Shown here in pieces: positions 30,298-41,503 of a DNA stretch of 64,000 nucleotides. The notes beneath the pieces are model-generated. The model did no database searches and was not told the origin of the DNA. It worked only from the letters and a program-made list of their open reading frames with translations. Made by a program: the position numbers and the translations under genes. Each line of letters starts with the position of its first letter. The first letter of the stretch is position 1. The stretch is from Epithemia pelagica (Eukaryota; Protista; Bacillariophyta), in the NCBI GenBank assembly GCA_946965045.2, contig OX337235.1, positions 3,748,028-3,812,027 of the forward strand. Direction: 5' to 3'.

Positions 30298-32858
30298 CTG
30301 CGACGTCGTGGTGTGCTGCTGTGATGTGTGGAGGTGAAGGGATGTCTGTATAGTGCGTACGGCTCGCACATAGACTTCATGACACAATGACGGGGAGCAC
30401 ATTGTCGCGATGCTCTGTTTGCTGTCATCTCAAAAGCGACGAAGTATCAACACTCGCAGATGAGCAATCCAAAACTGTTGGTTGTTGCCTCTTTTTCGAA
30501 CAAAAAGGAGACGAGACGATGAGAGCAGATACTGTCGAAGCTGTCATCTCAAGTGTGGTGAATGGTGAAGTATATATACACAGACAGATGCACAATCCAA
30601 CACTGTTGGTTGTTGCTACAATGACTAATACTACTATTCGGGCCTTTTCTTTGGATCGAGGCGCTCTACAGCATCAACCAGCAACGAAACGAGAAAGACG
30701 AATTGCAACGACGCACAGCAAAGCTGAGGAACCGTCAGATTCTGCACCTTCCTCTTCTTTGTTCACATGATGTTCCATCCGTCCATGATGTTCATGTGAA
30801 AATGATCGGACAACGACAAGGCAGCAACACCAAGAGGAAGACAAACAAGTTCCCTTGGGAGGCTGTCAAGATCCGAAAATGGTCTCAAAGCGGTATCTCT
30901 GGCTTTGGTGAACGGAGCGTCAACGCCATAGCGACACTTTCGAGTCGCGAATTGCGATGTGGGGGGGCAATGGGATGATTCATTGGTTACGAGACTGCAG
31001 TGCAATTCCGAATAGCGGAACATTGACCAGGATATGAAACAGATTGCAAAAACAATGGCGACAAATGACGTTTGGCATACGTTCGATTAACTGAACAACG
31101 GCCAAGGACAGCTCGGCGCGAAGAGTATCGCTCAACTGATATACGCGTATCCCACGTGGGAATAGATTGAACCATGTTCCTCTTCCCCCTTGCAACATGG
31201 CCCCAACCTCTTGTTGGTAACAGACTGTGTGGTTTCAGCCACGAACAAGCAATGTCCTCAATCACGAGGGCAACATGACTCGTTCTTCTCCACCAACCAC
31301 CACAAAATAGTTCCAACACAGACTCTGTCATTGGGGACTTGTCGACCTCGACGTGTGGAACCTGCCTTTTAGTATTGTCCTTCATGGCTCTCAATCATGG
31401 CACACAGTCCACAAAGATCATCATGGCTTCACCTTCTTGTCCTGTTCCTCCTGCTCTGCTAGAGAACATGTTGATCTAACCGTTTTGTCTAGTGGGTCGC
31501 TCATTATCAACTACAAGGATAGCTGACCATGTCGCATGGGTCCGACTGTCACAAACGTCATGGCTTCAGAAGGAGATTCATGTGCGGTCATATGCAATGT
31601 AACATGCAAGGAGTTGCTCTTTGATCTCCATCTACTGTAATGTCTTTTTCCGGCAGAGCAAGCCACTCCAGTCTAGGTATAGAGATTGAAAAGTATTTCA
31701 TTAACTTACATGATTCACAACGTAATTAAGTATTGGCACGATCCCCTCTTTTGTACGAGAGTATAATGACCACCTGAGATAGTTTCCGGGCTCATGGTTG
31801 TGCAACCTGTTGTACATTTCAACTGATATCCTCCCCTCTATCACAATCACAATAATCTAAGTCCTCAATCGTTTAAGAGTCGACGACGAGATGGTCCAGG
31901 ATGTTACATTGACGTCTCCGTTCCCCGATCTTTCATGACACTGATACCGTACATTCCGAGGCTGCTCACAGAGTCGACGGAAACACCACGTATTCCTGTC
32001 GACTAATGATAATGTCGCACAGGAAGGATTGTCCATTCCCCCAATCAGGGCAACTTGATTGCCAACAGTCACCATACTGCCGTCTTCATGGCGATTTTCG
32101 AATGGTGGGAGATTCCACATGTGGTTGCGCTTCGTATCCAAGACTTCCACGGTTCGATTGTTTTCCGCCACCACCAGACAAGATCCAACGGCAACCACTG
32201 CACAAGAATATCGTGGGTTGGAAAGTACCAGATCAGAGTGAGTCGTCCAGCTAGACAAGAAGGAAATGGATGTAGACAGAGAGTCGTTTCTCTCCTCATT
32301 GTAGCAGGGCTTTGCAAAGTCCAAAGTCTCCACCGAGTCAAGTTCGCCGTCCTCGTTGCAGCCTCCAACAACAAAGATGCGGTGACCAATGACCGCACTG
32401 GCACACCATACTCGTGGAACAGTCATGCCTGGTCCCGAAATCACAGTATGGTTGCTGGTGTCAATAATATCCACCGAAGACAATCTCTCTAGGTTGCGTC
32501 CACCCATTTCCACGATATACCGATTGTGAACCGCAACGGCACAACATCCCCATCGTTCCGTTGATAACCTAGTAGTCAATGTCGTCCAATGATTCTTTTT
32601 TGAGGTGCTTGATGTTGTTAAAGATGATTGTACCAAATCAATAACATCAATCCGCTCGATACAATCCAACAACGAACAGTAGTTATTGCGTCCTCCCATC
32701 ACGTAGATGCCTCCATTACACACAACAGCAGCATGTCTTTCACGTTTCTGGTTCAAAGGCGGTCCTTCTCGCCACTGCTTGTTTGATTCTGCCAAATTCA
32801 ATAACAAAACAGAGTTGACAAAGCCTTTGTGTTGTTGTCTTCCTCCCAACACCACGAC

Positions 32859-33312
32859 TGTTCGAATATTGTACATGCGGGCATATGTAACTGATGGGGA
32901 CCTTGGGGGACCGCAGACGCAAACCTCATGACTCCATTAGGCCCAACGCATCATCGAACCGCCTTTCACAAAATGCAAAACGACGGACGATAGATCCAGG
33001 CGACGATGCCTATGTAACGATCGACAATGCCTATGTAACGATTGTCGTTCTTAAGGACGGGATCCCATGACCATTGTCATAACGGTCCATGGCCCTAAGT
33101 GAATCAGAAGATACTTAGAGGCAGCGATATCCCACGAACGGTGGCAGGCCCGTCCATAACACATCTCGTCGCCCAAGTTGGTGACATAACGTCTCCACCA
33201 ACGATTCAACGCATCGATGACAGTAGGGAACGGAGACGTAGTACCTAACACCGTAGACACACAATTTTGCAACAAGAGTCCTTTTCTTTACTCGCTAGTA
33301 AGGAAAACAACA
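32859..33312 (+). repeat. 5' LTR of A2
   Basis: TG...CA, 454 bp, followed by the same CGCTTCCTCTGCGCT PBS candidate (33313-33327). Confidence 0.97.
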
Positions 33313-33354
33313 CGCTTCCTCTGCGCTTTAGACAGCACACGTCCATCGTCTGCC

Positions 33355-34596
33355 ATGGCTTTCGCAATCTCTCCCGCTAACGCACACGCGAACAACATCG
33401 TGAACTTTGCAACGGCAGCTGGAGCAAAGCTCTACAAGCAGGCAACGACTGGACTCTTTGACGGTGGTGATCTCTACGATCTCCACGCGGAAAGGCTGAA
33501 GACGTTTCTCGACTCATTCCAAGATCGGATCGTCGAACAGTCTTGGACCAGCACCTTTTCCATTCCCGAACACATTGTGGTTCCTCCAGCGGCTGGACCA
33601 GCACCGCCACCAGCACCTACGCATCTCTTGACTCAAGCCTACGGTCGCGTCTCGCTCGCCCAGGTTCGCACCTACGTCGATAGTTTCATCGGACAGAACA
33701 GGATTTCTCAGAATTCCTATATGTCCTACATGTGTTTGATGGCGTCGCTCAACGAAGATGCGAAGGCGCAAGTAAATCTACGACGCGAAGACTTTATTAT
33801 CGACGACGTTGGCAGTGGTCCACTCCTTCTCAAAGTGATCATTTCCCTCGCGTATGTGGATACCGAGGCGACCGTGATGGTACTTCGCCAGCGCTTGTCC
33901 GATCTGCATATTCATATTGCAGACTTCAACGGTGACATCATCAAGTTCAACTCCTATGTGAAGGCTACTCTTCAAGGTTTGCATGCCCGCGGTGAACGAA
34001 CGCTGGACTTACTCCCTAACCTTTTCAAAGCTTATGAGACTGTGAGTGATGAGAACTTCTTGGAGATGATCCGTTGTCGAAAGAACGCATACGAAGAAGG
34101 AGATTCTCCGAATCTCTCGGCGACGCAACTCATGGATTGGGCCCGTCTCAAGTACCAAGGCCTGGTAGAAGCGAAGAAATGGCAGGCTCTGTCCGAACGT
34201 GACCAGAAGATTATTGCCCTTGAGGCCAAAGTCAAGAAGATGGAGAAAGGAAAAACAGCCCCGCTGTCCACGACCAAGGGATCCAAACAGGGCAAGCAAA
34301 AGACCAAAGAATCAGCAAAAGAATCGTGGCTCACCATTGGGCCACATGAGGGAGGCCCAGAAGTAAAAGAAGTCAACGGAAAAATGTACTATTGGTGTAA
34401 GTGGCATGAAAAATGGTCACTCAACAAGAAACACACTTCCGACACGTGCAACGGACGGGGCTTAACCGGCGAGAAAAAGAAGGCCTATGATCTAGCTCAT
34501 GCCGAGAAGAACAATGATGGTACAACTCCTGCCCTTCGCCTCGCGAGTGCTCTAGCTGATCTACCGGCCCAAGAAGAATCTTCTGACGAAGAGTGA
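33355..34596 (+). CDS. gag: Gag of A2 (413 aa)
   Basis: ATG in GCCATGG context; open frame to TGA at 34594-34596. Confidence 0.92.
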   Translation: MAFAISPANAHANNIVNFATAAGAKLYKQATTGLFDGGDLYDLHAERLKTFLDSFQDRIVEQSWTSTFSIPEHIVVPPAAGPAPPPAPTHLLTQAYGRVSLAQVRTYVDSFIGQNRISQNSYMSYMCLMASLNEDAKAQVNLRREDFIIDDVGSGPLLLKVIISLAYVDTEATVMVLRQRLSDLHIHIADFNGDIIKFNSYVKATLQGLHARGERTLDLLPNLFKAYETVSDENFLEMIRCRKNAYEEGDSPNLSATQLMDWARLKYQGLVEAKKWQALSERDQKIIALEAKVKKMEKGKTAPLSTTKGSKQGKQKTKESAKESWLTIGPHEGGPEVKEVNGKMYYWCKWHEKWSLNKKHTSDTCNGRGLTGEKKKAYDLAHAEKNNDGTTPALRLASALADLPAQEESSDEE

Positions 34597-34623
34597 CAAC
34601 GAGACCCGAGGTCATTCCTCGGG
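34594..34623 (+). promoter_or_regulatory. Putative UGA readthrough signal of A2
   Basis: TGA + CAACGAGA + CCCGAGG/TCATT/CCTCGGG hairpin (34605-34623). Confidence 0.62.
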
Positions 34624-37600
34624 CTGTTCTACAAGACGGTCGAGCAGCTCATCTATATATTACTAGTGACAACAATCCTCTACATGTCTGTCCTAGTATA
34701 TAGTGATGATGATGCTAGGTCGGCTAACCCTTCCCAAGATGACAAGACGAGTCTGCGGCCTAAGCTATGGTTTCTAACACCAACATGCAATAGCAGCAGG
34801 ATACGACGACAAACAAAGAAACCAAGATGGAATAGACAAACAATGCGAATGTTATGCATGGCAACAATACTCGCAGCTCCGATAACAGGCAAACCAGCCG
34901 CAGCACATCAAGTCAAGTTCGACTCCGATAGCCAGCCCGTGTTTGTTGACAACTGTGCAACATCGTCTATCACAAACGATATCACCGACTGCATAACAGC
35001 AATCCAGCCCGTAAGAAGAAAGATCAAGGGCATTGCAGGATTGTTCAAAACGGAAATCTACTCCACGACGATCAAGTGGCACTTCGAAGACGACAACGGT
35101 GCCATCCATATATTTGTCCTGCCTCGATCATTCCACATACCATCGACCTCCAACAGACTTTTCTCTCCCCAACACTGGGCACAAGTAGCCAAAGACCACA
35201 AGCCGAATCCAGATGGCACTCGCTGCATCACCACAGCTGACAACATCATTCTCGAATGGAACCAACGCGAATCTACGAGAACCATCCCACTCAATCGAAG
35301 AGGGACGAACGTGGGACAGCTGTACACTGCAAACGGTATGCTCAAGTTCCATGCTTTCTGCTGCACAGTACATGCGACACCGGAGGAAGAAGATGAGAAT
35401 CCACCGATCGTTAGTCATGCGAATCTGATCGAGGATGACGAAAGCATCAACGAGAACTCACCAAGCGCCCAGATCGAACAAGATTCCAACGATGTAGAAT
35501 TTGACATGGATGACGAGCACAACAAACAGTATTTTCCACAACGGGATCAGCCCATCACCACGGATTTTCTCTTCGAAGATGAAAAAGTGGTACATGTGAT
35601 TCCCAATGAAGAAGAAGTGCCAATCGAAAACCCGACGGTTGAACTCCTACGCGTTCATCATCGTCTCGGCCATCTGTCATTTGCTAAGATTCAAGAAATG
35701 GCACGACGAGGTGAATCGCCCAAGCGACTCGGTTCATGCGCTGTTCCAGCATGTACAGCCTGTATGTACGGGAAAGCGACGAAGAAACCATGGCGAGTGA
35801 AAGGTACAAGGGGTACACTGGATGTTATGACTCGTCCAGGCCAATGTGTATCGGTCGACCAACTCATATCGACAACACCAGGATATATTGCCCACTTACG
35901 AGGTACTCCAACACGCGATAGATATCGGGTAGCGACTGTTTTCGTGGACCACTACTCTGGTATAGGGTACGTCCACCTACAACGATCGAAGTCGGCTGCA
36001 GATACCATCGAAGCAAAGGAGCGATTTGAAGCATGGGCGGATACACACGGGGTCGCAATCATGCACTATCATGCAGACAACGGCATTTTTGCTGACAACC
36101 AATTTCGCAAAGCAGTAAGAGACAAGGGACAGCGCTTGACGTTCAGCGGAGTCAACGCGCATTTTCAGAGCGGTATGGCCGAGAGGCGCATAAGGGACCT
36201 ACAAGATTCAGCACGGACTATGCTACTCCATGCACATCGACGATGGCCCTCTGCTATTACTCCGAACCTCTGGCCCTATGCAGTACGCTATGCATCGGAT
36301 ATCTTCAACTCTGCACCTATGGCGAAACATAAGAATACGACGCCTTTGGAACTCTTCTCTGGTTCCCCAGCACGATTCAACTTTCGACATGCGCACACAT
36401 TTGGATGTCCAAGTTATGTCCTAGACAATGCTCTACAATCAGGAAAAGGGATTCCCAAATGGTCCGAACGCTCTCGGGTTGGTATCTTCTTGGGATACTC
36501 TGCCCAACACTCAAGAACCGTGGGGCTTATTCTCTCATTGTCCTCCGGTTTATCTTCTCCCCAATTCCATGTTCAATATGATGACTGTTTTGAGACTATG
36601 CGACGTAGTTTCGGGGAAGCACAACCTGTCTCCTACTGGCAGCAGAAGGCCGGGTTCCGCAAGGGTAAAACCATGGATCAGTCCCAACCAGATCACCACA
36701 CTACCGACACACGTGACTCACAACTACCCTCACAAATGAGGGAGGTAGATCACAATTCTACCCTAGAGGAGCCACCTATAGTTCCGTTACCAATCGACAA
36801 CGAAGAGCTAATCCAGCCGACAAATGAGGGAGCCTTTGGAGTCCGCAGGTCACAACGACAACCCAAACCAACTATGCGATATCAAGACTGTATGGATTCC
36901 TTGGGGGACGACCTAGATCCTCTAGGTGAGCTGGCAGTGACGTTACCTGGGTTGATCTCCATGACCGCACAGGCCCAAGCAAATCCAGATGTCATGTATC
37001 GGCACGAAGCCATGCGACAACCAGATCGATTGGAATTTATAAAGGCTGCACAAAAGGAGGTCCAGGATCACACCGCAAACGGTCTCTGGGAAGTGGTTCG
37101 ACGACAAGATATACCACCGGGTAGCTATGTGACTAGAGCAGTATGGAGTTGTGTCCGGAAGCGGAAACTGCAGACAGGTGAAATCTATAAATGGAAGTCA
37201 CGCTTGGCATTTGATGGATCAAGACAGACCAAAGGGGTGAACTATTGGGAGACTTATGCTCCCGTAGTCCAATGGCCTGTGGTCCGCTATGTCTTAACGA
37301 CGGCTATTTCGCAAGGATGGGCGATGAAGCAGATAGACTATGTCCTCGCCTATACTCAAGCCGTGGCGGAAACTGATATGTACATGGAGGCACCTAGAGG
37401 GTTTACATTCGACACGACCGGAAAACAACGAGCCGAAGATTTTGTTCTCAAGATTAAACGGAATTACTACGGTCAGAAACAGGCCGCGCGTGTCTGGAAT
37501 AAACACCTAGTACAGCAATTGGAACAAGTGGGATTCAAACAGAGTGATCATGATGAATGTGTCTTCTACAAAGGACGCAGCCTCTATATCCTGTACACAG

Positions 37601-38595
37601 ACGACTCCATCTTAACAGGGCCTGATCCACAGGAACTCGATGACATCATCACCCAGATGCAGGACATTGGGCTTAAGATTACATATGAAGACGGAGTAGA
37701 AGATTTTCTTGGAGTCAACATTACAAAACAACAGACCGGACATCTTCACCTCTCCCAGACTCGCTTGATCGACGCTATCCTTGATGATCTGCGATTACCA
37801 GCGGACACGAATACTCGCGACGTGCCGGCAGCAACCACAGTGAAGATGCGCGCCGATGATGATGGGGACCCCTTTGATGGACACTTCAACTATCGCTCGG
37901 TCATCGGGAAACTGAATTTCCTCGAGAAAAGTACACGACCTGATATATCCTACGCAGTACATCAATGTGCACGCTTTTCCGCGAATCCAAAGCAGGTACA
38001 CGGACGAGCAGTAAAGCAGATTGGGCGCTACCTCGCTGGTACACGGTCACGAGGACTCGTGCTCAAACCACAGGACAAAGAAAATTTCGACGTTTATGCC
38101 GATGCCGATTTTTGTGGCAACTTCAATAAGACAGATATGCCACGATCAGACATGGCCCGATCGCGTTCCGGATATGTCATCTTTTATGGAGGTTGTCCCA
38201 TAGTGTGGGCATCAAAGTTACAGTCCGAGATTGCACTGTCCACAACGGAAGCGGAAATTATCAGCCTCTCTACTTCATTGCGTACAGTCATCCCACTAAT
38301 GAACATTACGAAAGAGATGAAATCACTCGGCTTCCCTGTCCTGTCAACACAACCCAGAGTGCATTGTCGAGCTTTTGAAGACAATAACGGAGCTTACGAA
38401 TTGGCTACGGTCTATAAGTATCAACCACGCACGCGATACCTCTGTACCAAGCTATTTCATTTCAAGTCCTACGTCGAGAAGAAAGAGATTACGATCCTCC
38501 CTTGCGATACGGAGTTGCAGACCGCGGATATCTTTACCAAAGCACTGGATAAAGAGACGTTCGAGCGGCATCGCACGCGTATTATGGGCTGGTAG
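34597..38595 (+). CDS. pol: Pol of A2 (PR-IN-RT-RH), in frame with gag
   Basis: Frame is open from the codon after the gag TGA to TAG at 38593-38595; all copia catalytic motifs are present. Confidence 0.95.
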   Translation, partial: QRDPRSFLGLFYKTVEQLIYILLVTTILYMSVLVYSDDDARSANPSQDDKTSLRPKLWFLTPTCNSSRIRRQTKKPRWNRQTMRMLCMATILAAPITGKPAAAHQVKFDSDSQPVFVDNCATSSITNDITDCITAIQPVRRKIKGIAGLFKTEIYSTTIKWHFEDDNGAIHIFVLPRSFHIPSTSNRLFSPQHWAQVAKDHKPNPDGTRCITTADNIILEWNQRESTRTIPLNRRGTNVGQLYTANGMLKFHAFCCTVHATPEEEDENPPIVSHANLIEDDESINENSPSAQIEQDSNDVEFDMDDEHNKQYFPQRDQPITTDFLFEDEKVVHVIPNEEEVPIENPTVELLRVHHRLGHLSFAKIQEMARRGESPKRLGSCAVPACTACMYGKATKKPWRVKGTRGTLDVMTRPGQCVSVDQLISTTPGYIAHLRGTPTRDRYRVATVFVDHYSGIGYVHLQRSKSAADTIEAKERFEAWADTHGVAIMHYHADNGIFADNQFRKAVRDKGQRLTFSGVNAHFQSGMAERRIRDLQDSARTMLLHAHRRWPSAITPNLWPYAVRYASDIFNSAPMAKHKNTTPLELFSGSPARFNFRHAHTFGCPSYVLDNALQSGKGIPKWSERSRVGIFLGYSAQHSRTVGLILSLSSGLSSPQFHVQYDDCFETMRRSFGEAQPVSYWQQKAGFRKGKTMDQSQPDHHTTDTRDSQLPSQMREVDHNSTLEEPPIVPLPIDNEELIQPTNEGAFGVRRSQRQPKPTMRYQDCMDSLGDDLDPLGELAVTLPGLISMTAQAQANPDVMYRHEAMRQPDRLEFIKAAQKEVQDHTANGLWEVVRRQDIPPGSYVTRAVWSCVRKRKLQTGEIYKWKSRLAFDGSRQTKGVNYWETYAPVVQWPVVRYVLTTAISQGWAMKQIDYVLAYTQAVAETDMYMEAPRGFTFDTTGKQRAEDFVLKIKRNYYGQKQAARVWNKHLVQQLEQVGFKQSDHDECVFYKGRSLYILYTDDSILTGPDPQELDDIITQMQDIGLKITYEDGVEDFLGVNITKQQTGHLHLSQTRLIDAILDDLRLPADTNTRDVPAATTVKMRADDDGDPFDGHFNYRSVIGKLNFLEKSTRPDISYAVHQCARFSANPKQVHGRAVKQIGRYLAGTRSRGLVLKPQDKENFDVYADADFCGNFNKTDMPRSDMARSRSGYVIFYGGCPIVWASKLQSEIALSTTEAEIISLSTSLRTVIPLMNITKEMKSLGFPVLSTQPRVHCRAFEDNNGAYELATVYKYQPRTRYLCTKLFHFKSYVEKKEITILPCDTELQTADIFTKALDKETFERHRTRIMGW

Positions 38596-38621
38596 TCAGA
38601 TTTTCACGCTGCGTGAGGGAG

Positions 38622-39075
38622 TGTTCGAATATTGTACATGCGGGCATATGTAACTGATGGGGACCTTGGGGGACCGCAGACGCAAACCTCATGACTCCAT
38701 TAGGCCCAACGCATCATCGAACCGCCTTTCACAAAATGCAAAACGACGGACGATGGATCCAGGCGACGATGCCTATGTAACGATCGACAATGCCTATGTA
38801 ACGATTGTCGTTCTTAAGGACGGGATCCCATGACCATTGTCATAACGGTCCATGGCCCTAAGTGAATCAGAAGATACTTAGAGGCAGCGATATCCCACGA
38901 ACGGTGGCAGGCCCGTCCATAACACATCTCGTCGCCCAAGTTGGTGACATAACGTCTCCACCAACGATTCAACGCATCGATGACAGTAGGGAACGGAGAC
39001 GTAGTACCTAACACCGTAGACACACAATTTTGCAACAAGAGTCCTTTTCTTTACTCGCTAGTAAGGAAAACAACA
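38622..39075 (+). repeat. 3' LTR of A2
   Basis: 454 bp, preceded by PPT GAGGGAG. Confidence 0.97.
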
Positions 39076-40345
39076 CACGACCGTCTGTCCATTGTTGTTG
39101 TTGTCCTGATCGGGATGATCCAGTACGACCGAAGCATTATGCGAACGCCATCCACCTTTGAGAGGAGGCCAATCGTTTACATTCCATTCTGCTCTCTCGT
39201 CGAAAAGGACAAGGCCCGACTGCCATGCTCGTTCTTTCAGTGGCGTGTCCATGGTTCCAAACAGTGACTGCAGAATAAATGAGGATCGAGACTCTGTATT
39301 GTGCGAGGGTCGTGGGTTTGCTGCTCCTGTGATGCGGATGGATGCGGACTGGAAGCACGACTGACTTGACGAAACGGATGGATCGAAACACGAGCGATCG
39401 TCGCGAGACAGATATGGACCGCAACAGTCCCACAAAACCACATATATTCTATGAATTCGGAATACCACCGTGGAGGTGTTGGGATGATATCGAACACAAA
39501 CTCCTCACGGCGAGACTGACAACCACTGATGTGGGATCCGAAAATGAGGGGCGATCCAAGAGATGAAGTGGGGGCCTCCAGAATGTAGGGGCGGCATCTC
39601 GGTTTGGGGGATGGTATCTTTTTCGTACATTCTCGATCCATCTCACCTTCTTATTACGTATGCGTATGGGTTCTCCCTCGGATCCTCGGCTCTTGACTCA
39701 TGTCTGGGGACGTCAAGCCTTATTGCTCCTTCGAAAGACCTTTGAGGTTGACACCACGATGCACAGTACTAGGACAGGACGAAACTGAGCTGAGCCAGTA
39801 CCACGAGAACGACCGGCACCCGTCATGCTGGACTCCGAGGCATTGCGCCGAAGACCAGCAGTACTAGCAGGATGGAACAACAACTGGTCAAGTCACCCTG
39901 GAACATTTACTACGACCGACACATGCACTGTCCAATTTAAACAAGTTTCTCGCCATGTCTCCATCCACGGCCTGTGCAGTGTCGGCGCTCGGTATTTGGT
40001 GGGAACCAACAACCAGACAGACTGCGGAGCCTTCCTTGCATGATTGTTGGAGTATAGTACTCTATATACCGCCCATGGCAAGTGGCATAACAACCACAAA
40101 CTGACTGGAACGAATCGCACCAATTCTGACATTTTTGTTCTGCGACTCGTGTGAGGATACCACAGTGGTTGTTTGTCTCGCCGTGAGGGTGCAATCGCTC
40201 GTGTTGATATCCATCTATTTCGTCAAGTCAGTCGTGCTTCCAGTCCGCACCCATCAGAGCAGCAGCAAGGAGCAGCAAACCCAAGAACCTCTCACAATAC
40301 AGTGTGTCTTGATTCTCATAAATTCTGCAGTCAACGTTCGGAACC

Positions 40346-41503
40346 ATGACAATGACGCTACAAGAACAAGCATGGCAGTCGGGGCTTGTCCTTTTGGACG
40401 AGAAAGCAGAATGGAATGAAAACGATTGGCCTCCTCTTGTGGGTGGATGGCGTTCGCTTCATGCATCGGTTGTACTCGATCATACGGTCGTCGTGTTGGG
40501 TGGATACAAACATTTGCAAGAGAATGTCAATTCCGTTCTTGTATTGAATTTAGCTAAACCAGACAAGCAGTGGCGACAAGGGCCATCCATGAACAAGAAA
40601 CGTTCTGGACATGCCGCTGTTGTGTGCAACGGAGGTATATACGTGATGGGAGGATTCAATGGATATTCAATGTTGGATTGTATGGAGCAAATTGATGCCA
40701 ACGATTTGCTACAACCATTGTCGACATCAAGCATGACGCATGAGAGTCATTGGACGAAATTGAAATGTCGATTATCAACTGGACGAAATGGATGTTGTGC
40801 CGTTACGGTGAAGAATCGATACATTGTTGTACTGGGGGGATGGGATGGAGGGCACAACTTGTCGTCGGATATCATTGATACCAGCAATCACACTGTCATT
40901 TCGGGACCAAATATGAACGTTCCACGTATATGGTGTGCCAGTGCGGTCGTTGGCCACCGCATCTTTGTCGTTGGAGGCTCGACAGTAGAGTATTTGGACT
41001 TTGGAAAGCCTAGTGACAATGCGGAGAGAAACGACACTCTGTCTACATTCATTTCCTCCTTGTCTGGTTGGACGACTCACTCTGATCTGGTACTTTCGGC
41101 CTCGCGAGATTCTTCTTGTGCAGTGGTTACCGTGGGATCCTGTCTGGTGGTGGCGGGAGACCATCAAACTGTGGAAATCTTGGATACGCATCACAACCGA
41201 ACGTGGAATTTCCCACCATTCCGCAATGTCGTTGATAACTGCAGTATGGTGACTGTAGCCGATCAAGTTGCCGTGATTGGTGGATGGAATAGTCCATCCT
41301 GTGCGACATTACCACTCATGGACAAGAGTACGTGGTGCTTTCGTCAACTTTGTGAGCAGCCTCGGATTGAATGGTATCATTGTCTGGAAAGATCGGGCAA
41401 CGAAGATGTCAATGATACATCCTGCACCATCTCGTCGTCGACTCTAAAACGATTGAGGACCTTTGATTACTGTGATTGTGACAACGAGGACGATGGCAGT
41501 TGA
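40346..41503 (+). CDS. Kelch-repeat beta-propeller protein K4, intact and intronless, 385 aa
   Basis: Repeated GG-containing blades (VVVLGG, IYVMGG, IVVLGG, IFVVGG, LVVAG, VAVIGG); no recognizable BTB, F-box or signal peptide. Confidence 0.9.
   Translation: MTMTLQEQAWQSGLVLLDEKAEWNENDWPPLVGGWRSLHASVVLDHTVVVLGGYKHLQENVNSVLVLNLAKPDKQWRQGPSMNKKRSGHAAVVCNGGIYVMGGFNGYSMLDCMEQIDANDLLQPLSTSSMTHESHWTKLKCRLSTGRNGCCAVTVKNRYIVVLGGWDGGHNLSSDIIDTSNHTVISGPNMNVPRIWCASAVVGHRIFVVGGSTVEYLDFGKPSDNAERNDTLSTFISSLSGWTTHSDLVLSASRDSSCAVVTVGSCLVVAGDHQTVEILDTHHNRTWNFPPFRNVVDNCSMVTVADQVAVIGGWNSPSCATLPLMDKSTWCFRQLCEQPRIEWYHCLERSGNEDVNDTSCTISSSTLKRLRTFDYCDCDNEDDGS

Larger units (their letters stand above)
32859..39075 (+). 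mobile_element. Ty1/copia LTR retrotransposon, family A copy 2; structurally intact
   Basis: 454-bp LTRs with 1 visible mismatch; flanking duplication CACGAC at 32853-32858 and 39076-39081; open gag and pol. Confidence 0.98.
31857..39252 (-). pseudogene. Kelch-repeat gene K3, split by A2 into 39252-39082 and 32858-31857
   Basis: Removing A2 and one CACGAC copy restores a 1173-nt frame MDTPLKERAW...GQT|VVVLGG...LKRLRT*. Confidence 0.92.
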
